This document shows, piece after piece, positions 1-7,011 of a stretch of DNA of 12,174 nt. The notes under the pieces were generated by a model. The model saw only the letters and a list, made by a program, of their open reading frames with translations. It searched no databases and was not told where the DNA came from. Location of the stretch: the NCBI GenBank assembly GCA_965203965.1, contig CBDBDR010000006.1:1-12174 (forward strand). Reading direction: 5' to 3'. A program made the position numbers and the translations under genes. The DNA is from Thermodesulfobacteriota bacterium. Lineage in GTDB: Bacteria; Desulfobacterota_D; UBA1144; Nemesobacterales; JAJCZQ01. Positions within the stretch are counted from its first letter, which is position 1; each line of letters opens with the position of its first letter.

Positions 1-2079
1 AAGGTTTGTGCGGACTATGTTGATGTGTTCATGATGTAACATTGTATGATCAATCCAGATATCTGATATTGACAATGATGGAATACTGAATGACCAGGAA
101 TTGAATGATTTTCAGGTGAACATATCAAATATCATACACACACACACACACGAGCTGGTATAGTCAATATTGAACAATTTTTGATTTCAGATTCGATGTT
201 TTGATGCTCCACTACAACCCAATGCCCTCCAAGATGTGAAGGTAATGGTACAAAGACACGTGCCCGAGGGAGTACTCAGTGAGGGACTCACTCTCGAGGG
301 TGAGGAAACCTGATCCTTCGTCAATGTTACCATCTCTCATATCCAGGATTCCTCTTTCTCAATCAACTGTTTGTGCTAAAGGGGAAACACGAGTCCACAT
401 GGAAAGTTCTCCGAAAGTTTGGTTACAATAACTCACTAGTTCTCAAAGATGACTACCTAACACCAGTGTAAGAGAAGGAAAGATACAAAAAGATGCGATG
501 ACTCTACTCTCTGCTGTGTACTTCTCTCTCTCTAGTTTTAGTCCTCAACCAGGCAGTACTGTGGAGCTCAGTAAAACCGGTTACAGATTTCTCAGTGATC
601 TCTTCGAGAAGCATGATAAGGTGAAATCGAGGCTGTATTCAACTTATCTCTTCATTATTTTCTCTCGTGTGTAGGATGGTGATCAAGCTTTGTCCCCACA
701 AGAGCAGGAGGTACAGTAGTACACAGCGTTCGTGGGTTGTGTACTTGTCTTACTGTTTTCAGGATTTATTTATTTCTCTGTCCCGAGTTCATGTGGGATG
801 ACCAGTTCATTCAGCTCACAGTGGAGACCAACAAGGAGGGTTGGATTACTATTGGCGGATTTCTTGCATTCTGGACGTGAGTCTGTCTTCCTAGTATTCT
901 GAAGTCATCTGTTGTTATCTAATCATTCAATAGGTTACAGACTTGTATAGATTACACAGTCACAGCTCAGTTTCTAGCATGGATGGGGTACTCTAATCTT
1001 GAGAACAGGCCTCTAGCGTCAACACTCAGAGGTCAGTTTGTTAGAAATAGTGCTTCCGTCTCCATCCGCTTACTGTGGTATGTCCTGTACAGAGGTTCCA
1101 TCGCATGACCGTCACAAGAAAGTCTACCAGTGTCATGTGATGGGAGGTAGCGGATGTGGAAAGAGTAGTTTCGTCAGAGGACTGATCAACAAACCAATGG
1201 TGTGTTGTTGTGCATGATTGAAGCGACACCAATTTTATGTATTTTGTTGTCTTGTGCAACAGCTGCTTGTCCAAGACAATGAGGAAGAAGAGGAAGAATT
1301 GGTGGAGTTGATGTGCGTGAAAGCTGTCACTGTGAAAGGGACCCATGTCTACTTAGTGGTAAGTTAAACACAGGTGAATTGTCTGCAATAGTTTTATCTC
1401 TTCTTTAGCTCCAGGAGAGCTGTTTCGATCCTTTAGAGCAGCAGAGACATGCGGAGGAGATAGGCGGCACTGCAGCGGGTAACGCCACCATTGCAGCTCA
1501 CTTGGACAAGTGTGATGTTGTGTGTCTCCTGTATGATAGTTCAAACAAGACGTCCTTTAATTGTGCAGCAAAGCTGTTTGTAAGCTAGTACCATTGTTAT
1601 TCATTGCCTCTCTTCACGAACTCTGTAGAATCTGATAGACAGCAGTGTATCTGATCTTATTCCGTGTGTGTTTGTTGCCAGTAAAAGTGATCTACCCAGA
1701 GTCCAGCAGGTCAGTTGTCTCACTATGAATCGAAATGTTACAATATCACTCATTGATCTTTAGGAAGGTGTTGAACATCAGCCAAACGAGTTCTGTCGGG
1801 AAGTTGGACTTCCTCTTCCAGTGAACGTTTCTTGTCAACAGACCGAATCACTGTCTGTTGTGTACGAGCGACTGGCAGCAGTGGCTATTAACCCGTAAGC
1901 AACTGCTCACGATATCACTCCACTTCATATCTCTCTCTAGCTCTGCCAACATCCCATCAGCTATTCGTATACCACGATGGTTAAAGTTGACTTGTGTTGG
2001 TCTCCTCATGTCCGCTGGTTTGGGCTCTCTGGTCTATCTACTGATTCGATTGGGCAGACTACGGATATCGCGATCCTAG
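1..2079 (+). CDS. RHOT: Mitochondrial Rho GTPase (Miro), 5'-truncated by the window edge; EF-hands, C-terminal GTPase domain and tail anchor
   Basis: GT-AG exons read manually: <1-3, 59-115, 191-299, 347-467, 536-620, 675-710, 763-876, 934-1031, 1093-1199, 1263-1358, 1409-1579, 1629-1709, 1764-1894, 1941-2079 (TAG). Translation gives EF loop 1 DIDNDGILNDQE, the Miro motif GFLFLNQLFVLKGKHESTWKVLRKFGY, EF loop 2 DKDGDQALSPQE, TVETNKEGWITIGGFLAFW, P-loop GGSGCGKS, CDVVCLLYD, PCVFVASKSDL and a C-terminal hydrophobic anchor followed by basic residues. There is one extra base at about 763-778 (see findings). Confidence 0.96.
136..151. repeat. (AC)8 microsatellite in a Miro intron
   Basis: acacacacacacacac read directly inside intron 116-190. 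Confidence 0.9.
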
Positions 2080-2222
2080 GATTCTATTGTATACAATTAT
2101 GGGTGGAGCTACTAGTTATTTAACGTCATCAAAACATTGTTAGTGTATAATTATGTCACATGATCTCTCGTCGTCTCATTTCTAATAATATAAACGAAGC
2201 TATCTCTCAGATCACATTGCTG

Positions 2223-3355
2223 TCAGCAATGGCAAGGTGGTTTTCCATTAGCATTCCAGTTGTACGTGAAGTAACTCGTGTTCACCCTATGGCTGGTCAT
2301 GTAGCTGGCGTCCTCTGCTGAGAGGTAGGGAAGGATGAATTTTTGTACACCACCGTAGCGAGCAAAGTCTCCGACAAACCAGAGGAAAATTGGTGATAGC
2401 TGCGCTGTGTTGGTTGTCTTGTTCAAAAAGTAGCCTATGAAAGATTATCATGGATTGTGGTTACTCGTACAGCTTCACCATTGACGCACCTTTCTTTGGG
2501 TTGCTGAGGAAGTCCTTCACTTGACTGTCCATTTGCTTGTCAATGGTTTCAGGTCGAAATGCGCTTGTCCTCACATTAGGGCAAGAAATTGATGCACAGA
2601 CAATGCAGGCATGTAGCCGAGAGTCTTCACTGAATACAATGAATGCATAGATAACTGTTAGAATACCTTTATGTACTTACGAGTAAGGGGTAGGATTTCT
2701 GAGATATCCTTCAACCTCGTCTAAAGTGTACTCCTTCCCACCTACAAGTCCAGCTGGCATTCCCCAAACTGGTTTGGGCAAACTACCGATATCTTTGATA
2801 CCAGAAATAGGCTGACAAGAACTGAGAAGGTTAAAATTATTACAAAAACCGGTCACAAGTTAGCTAGTCTTTAATACCTGGAGAGACCAGTCTTGCACGG
2901 ATGTTTTATGATCATTTTAATAGCCAGTGCATTGTAGACATTGATGAAGAATGCGTACGTCTCATTGCGACTCAGACCTGTTGTGTTAGCCTTTGCAATG
3001 GCAGCTAGATAGGCATCAAAATTCGTATCGTTACTGTACGTGACAGAGAGAGACCAACAACATGAAGTATGCAAAAACATGCAATAGTGTATATGGTCTC
3101 TACCTTATTCCACTGTAGTCAACTAAATTAAGCTGCACACCCTCCAGTTCACCTAGAGACACATGCTTGCTAACGACCTATATAGATACCATGCATGTGG
3201 TGTTGAAATACAACAGCCATTGATCTACTCACTGCATCCCAAAGATCATAGATGTCATCAAACTGAGCTTTATAGTCTGCATTCACCAGACAGATGGACG
3301 AGTGCAAGTAGAACAAGCAAACTGACACAGCTAACAACCACAAATGATCAGCCAT
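2223..3355 (-). CDS. Secreted DUF547-domain protein, 6 exons, 281 aa
   Basis: Exons 3355-3233, 3177-3104, 3033-2878, 2821-2681, 2629-2490, 2434-2223 total 846 nt, all GT-AG and in frame. Hydrophobic N-terminus MADHLWLLAVSVCLFYLHSSICLVNA is signal-peptide-like. Family motifs: LVDYSGI, YAFFINVYNAL, YTLDEVE, DSRLHACIVCASISCP, LSPIFLWFVGDF, YNWNAN. Confidence 0.9.
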
Positions 3356-3448
3356 TTTGGATCACACAAAAATGTAGCATGTAATCAAAACAATTTTATA
3401 CCACAGTTACCATAGTTACTACACTTGAATTATATAATTCCAAACATG

Positions 3449-3670
3449 CTAATATCTGGCAAATTGATTACCATCTCGGTCACAAACATAACAAAGACAC
3501 TATATTGTCATCATTTGGGAGAATACTAACACCATCTGCAAACTGTATTCCATTTCCAAACGAGTGAGTGAATAAGTGTTCCTTTTTGATCAAATATCTT
3601 GACTGGTTTTGGTCCACTATCAGTAAATCTTCTTGATCTACATACATAATATTTTCAAACATACTCGCTA
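3449..3670 (-). pseudogene. Degenerate fragment of the C-terminal NHL repeats of a third TRIM-NHL paralog
   Basis: Across several frameshifts it reads MYVDQED, PKPVKIFDQKGTLIH, SFGNGIQFADGVSI, YVCDRDGNQFARY* (stop 3449-3451), matching the ends of both intact TRIMs. Confidence 0.85.
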
Positions 3671-3777
3671 TGAGAGATACAGTGTACATTCAAAACAAAA
3701 GCTGTACAGTAAGAATTTAAATTCACAAGCAAATAAATGGTTACTATCAGTACGAGTCATATTAGCAAAGAAAACTG

Positions 3778-6012
3778 CTACAATTGCAGCTCATTATTAT
3801 ACATAGTTTCTTTATAATAGCGATAAAATACATTTTCTTTACGGTCACAGACGTAAATGAAGGTGCCTTCTTCTCCAAAAGGTGAGATACAAATACCATC
3901 TGCAAACTTCACTTCACTTCCAAATGAATGGATAAGTGTTCCTCTTTGATCAAATATCTTGACTGGTTTATATCCACGATCGGTAACTAAACTGAAATCC
4001 TCTTCATCGACAAACAAGTTTTGCGGCTGACAGAGATGACCTCTACCATATTCTCGAATGTACTTGCCACTTGGGCTATACACCTTGATACAGCCATCGC
4101 GAAATTGTGTAGCATGTATGTTGCACGAAGTGTCGAGAGCGATTCCATGCACTTGGTCTGGCAGACGAATGGTTAAGCAATGTGAGAAATCTGAATTAAA
4201 GACTTGAATGCGTTTATTTCCTCTTTCTCCAACATAAATCCTTCCTTCTTCATCAACAGCTAGACCTCTTGGTTCATCAAACTGACCTTCTTCAGATCCT
4301 ATACCACCAAACCTGGCTTGTACCTCACCATCTTCTTTCAGCTTTATCACCTCATTAGTTCCGCAGTCAGTTACAAATATTGTACTACCTCCTAGAGTTG
4401 CAATGGCATGCAACTGCTGAGCTCCAGGAACTGGAATGTAACGATAAACTTTATCATATCTGTCTGAGGACCAACCAAGGTCCATTTTGTATATATCCTG
4501 ATCCTGATATGCAGTAACATAGACAGTGGAATGTCCAGGAGCTACACATGCTGGACTGGACAAACTAAGTTGATAATCAACGTTCTTGACATCAGGATAA
4601 TGTATAGCATTCCTAGCGTGCATTTGGAAGGGGCTACCTTTGATAGGTTGCTTACGAATGCTCACACGTACTTCAACTCTACGCCATCTTTTAGATACCT
4701 GAGGTGCTGTGACAAATATTTTGTACCTGCCGTTTCCATCGTCAACTACATTGCTTTGTTCCCACCTGCCATCTGCAAAATAGCGACAAAAAACCTCCTC
4801 TCCACCTCGGCCATAGGGACGACCAAATTCATCTCTAGCCTCAACAATCAAAGTTCTTTGTCTTTCGCATACAAGACGATTAGTTTGATAGCCGACTATG
4901 GTAGAAGTTGCAGGGCAGCAACCACCATTGACATGGCCAAGAGATAGCTGCTCCATTGGGTTGACGGTTACTTCTAAGAAGTCGTCTACAGGCGGCAAAG
5001 GAAGAAGTGATTTGTAATCTTTCAGTTTTTCATGAAGTGCTGTATCATGTAAATTGGCAACAGCAAGAACCTCAGAATCACGATAGGAGTCCACTAACAA
5101 CTGGGTTGTCTGTAGAGCAGAGGAAAGTTCATCTCTTGTCTCTTCAAGCTTTTCATTCTGGATGCACAAAAGAGTGCATTTTGATGTAACGACAGTATCT
5201 ACTTGTGCTATCAGTGTCTGCCTTTGCTTCTTCAATGTTTCAATGATGTTATCAAAGGTAACATTGATGGAGGCTTTTGCTTTGTCAGCAGTCTCTTTGA
5301 GATTACTTTGTGCACTTCGCCCACATTGAATATGTTCTTCAAGCTTTCTAACTGCATCAGGAATTGGACTCATGGATTTAGTAAGCGAATTCTTCTGTTT
5401 CTGGGCAGCTGCATCAAGGGTCAAAAATACTTCCCCTTGACCAGGGAAGATTCTGTGATATAAGTGATCATCGCATCCGGGGCAGGCAAATTGTAAACAG
5501 TCCCTGGAGAGACAATAATGCGAACCAACCTCGTGATGATGTTTGGGACAGAAAACTTGTACGGGTGGGCTGAGAGTACTGATATCGTGCTTGGGCAAGT
5601 CCGATAAATCGCGACCAGTGTGGTTCTTCAACTTTTGGTGCTCTAACTCGCAGTCGTTACAAAGAAACTCGCCACAATCGAGACAATAGACAGCTGCATG
5701 TACACGAACAGCAGGATCCCTTGAGCTGCATTTTTCACAGGTGGGAGAATCTCGCAGTTTCGAGAGCACCACAGCACCTGCCGTCTCCTGTGCCAAACGA
5801 ACGTCTTGAGGAAGGCCGTTTACTTTGTTCTTACCTAGAGATGTAGTCTGTGAACAAGTAGGGCAGCAGATGGTGGAATCGCTGGATAATTCTTCCAAGC
5901 AGTCTTTACAGAACGAGTGTAGGCAGCGTAAAATGCGAGGTTCTTTGTAGAAATGCTTGGGGCGACCCTGATTCAGAGGACAGAAGTAGTTAGCGATGGA
6001 GTTGGTTGCCAT
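3778..6012 (-). CDS. TRIM-NHL protein A (TRIM2/TRIM3/TRIM71-like): atypical RING, B-box1, B-box2, coiled coil, filamin, NHL repeats; intronless, 744 aa
   Basis: RING-like CLHSFCKDC..CPTC; B-box1 CEKC..CLDC..CNDC..H; B-box2 CPKH..C..C..CPGC; filamin-type EARDEFG..GGE..DDGNGRY..PIKGSPF; NHL GQFDEPRGLAVDEEGRIYV. The ORF is open to 6195, but ATG 6012 (or 6018) aligns with the start of paralog B, and 6012 gives the same 744-aa length. Confidence 0.93.
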   Translation of the reverse strand: MATNSIANYFCPLNQGRPKHFYKEPRILRCLHSFCKDCLEELSSDSTICCPTCSQTTSLGKNKVNGLPQDVRLAQETAGAVVLSKLRDSPTCEKCSSRDPAVRVHAAVYCLDCGEFLCNDCELEHQKLKNHTGRDLSDLPKHDISTLSPPVQVFCPKHHHEVGSHYCLSRDCLQFACPGCDDHLYHRIFPGQGEVFLTLDAAAQKQKNSLTKSMSPIPDAVRKLEEHIQCGRSAQSNLKETADKAKASINVTFDNIIETLKKQRQTLIAQVDTVVTSKCTLLCIQNEKLEETRDELSSALQTTQLLVDSYRDSEVLAVANLHDTALHEKLKDYKSLLPLPPVDDFLEVTVNPMEQLSLGHVNGGCCPATSTIVGYQTNRLVCERQRTLIVEARDEFGRPYGRGGEEVFCRYFADGRWEQSNVVDDGNGRYKIFVTAPQVSKRWRRVEVRVSIRKQPIKGSPFQMHARNAIHYPDVKNVDYQLSLSSPACVAPGHSTVYVTAYQDQDIYKMDLGWSSDRYDKVYRYIPVPGAQQLHAIATLGGSTIFVTDCGTNEVIKLKEDGEVQARFGGIGSEEGQFDEPRGLAVDEEGRIYVGERGNKRIQVFNSDFSHCLTIRLPDQVHGIALDTSCNIHATQFRDGCIKVYSPSGKYIREYGRGHLCQPQNLFVDEEDFSLVTDRGYKPVKIFDQRGTLIHSFGSEVKFADGICISPFGEEGTFIYVCDRKENVFYRYYKETMYNNELQL

Positions 6013-6042
6013 TACCATTACTGTTTCGCACGAGCCCCGCCC

Positions 6043-6195
6043 TTTGAAACAATATTCATTGAGAGTGGAAAGAATGTACACCAAGTCAATCTCTGTACAT
6101 GTACATGATCCGTCTTCCTGTGAGTAAGCTTGACGGACCCCAGAAACTGCATCTCTGACACTGACTGGATGAACCGAGTTCTGAAAGATGTCCAT
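6043..6195 (+). pseudogene. Disrupted remnant of an unidentified coding-like sequence (copy 1)
   Basis: 6089-6189 aligns with 6477-6550. The + strand reads FETIFIESGKNVHQVNLCT..*SVFL..PQKLH..TDWMNRVLKD with stops and indels. Confidence 0.4.
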
Positions 6196-6245
6196 GCGAA
6201 CCAGGCTCTAGCTCCCTATACACAGATTCTTTATATTAGCGTCTT

Positions 6246-6475
6246 TTAGCGATAAAATACATTTTCTTTACGGTCACAGACATAAAGGTAGGTGCCTTCT
6301 TCTCCAAAAGGTGAGATACAAATACCATCTGCAAACTTCACTTTCAAAAGACTGAATAAGTGCTCCTTCTTAGTCAAATATCTTGACTGGTTTTTAACCA
6401 CGATCGGTAACTGAACAGAAATCCTCTTCATCAACAAATAGGTTTTGTGGTGATAAAGACGACCTCTACCATATT
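6246..6475 (-). pseudogene. Chimeric fragment of a TRIM-NHL 3' end (last NHL repeats)
   Basis: 6247-6343 is nearly identical to TRIM-A 3818-3914 (VKFADGICISPFGEEGTxxYVCDRKENVFYR), while 6345-6455 carries TRIM-B-type bases (cf. 7122-7232). It has frameshifting deletions and no upstream domains. Confidence 0.9.
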
Positions 6476-6610
6476 GATCTCTGTACACGGTCTATCTCCC
6501 TTGAACCCCAGGAACTGCGCAGTGACTGGGTGAATCGAGCTCTGAAAGATTTCAGTCGTGGTCAACATTGCAGTCAGCAGGAGCACACTAGTAATCACAC
6601 GACAACATAA
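6473..6610 (+). pseudogene. Remnant of an unidentified coding-like sequence (copy 2)
   Basis: Open frame without a start: IDLCTRSISLEPQELRSDWVNRALKDFSRGQHCSQQEHTSNHTTT*. Homologous to 6089-6189. Confidence 0.4.
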
Positions 6611-6631
6611 CATGGATTGTGCATGACTTTC

Positions 6632-6864
6632 TTAGCAGACTAACTCTACATCTAACTTTGCTGATGATTTCTTCTTCTTGGGTTTAGCTTTACTATCACC
6701 TCCATATTCAACTACACACACTCTACTTCATCTGGAGACAAATCATCAATCTGTTCACTGCATCTTGTAGGTAATGGATCCCGTCAAATTTAGCTTTACT
6801 GATTCCAATTAGAAACTTGTTGGAGAGATCTGAGAGCTGGTTGAACAGCAGGGCAGACAAGCAG
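6632..6864 (-). pseudogene. Possible degenerate terminal exon of an unrelated gene
   Basis: After a TTTGATAG acceptor-like site, protein-like text runs across two frameshifts: CLSALLFNQLSDLSNKFLIG.. / EQIDDLSPDEVE / VEYGGDSKAKPKKKKSSAKLDVELVC*. No family recognised. Confidence 0.25.
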
Positions 6865-7011
6865 CTATCAAAACACAATTGCAAATGATACACATGTACT
6901 TTTATTATAAATATTATAAAAAACAATACAAGTCTAGTACTACAAAATTTTTACAAGCAAGTTATAATAACAGCAATAATAATAATTATTACAGCTGAAC
7001 AAATAAGACTT

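Noticed and set aside
1041..1544. Minus-strand ORFs of 101 and 63 aa
   Set aside because: Antisense to Miro exons and introns; no motifs.
3163..3384. Plus-strand 73-aa ORF
   Set aside because: Antisense to DUF547 exon 1 and intron 1.
3778..3815. TRIM-A-specific C-terminal tail KETMYNNELQL as a functional motif
   Set aside because: AT-rich and absent from the three other NHL ends; most simply a lost stop codon reading into the UTR.
6043..6105. WWE-domain resemblance of IFIESGKNVHQVNLCT
   Set aside because: Too short, and the diagnostic Trp and Arg motifs are missing.
6013..6195. 805-aa start for TRIM-A
   Set aside because: No counterpart in paralog B and it overlaps a duplicated remnant; ATG 6012 preferred, though the extension is not excluded.
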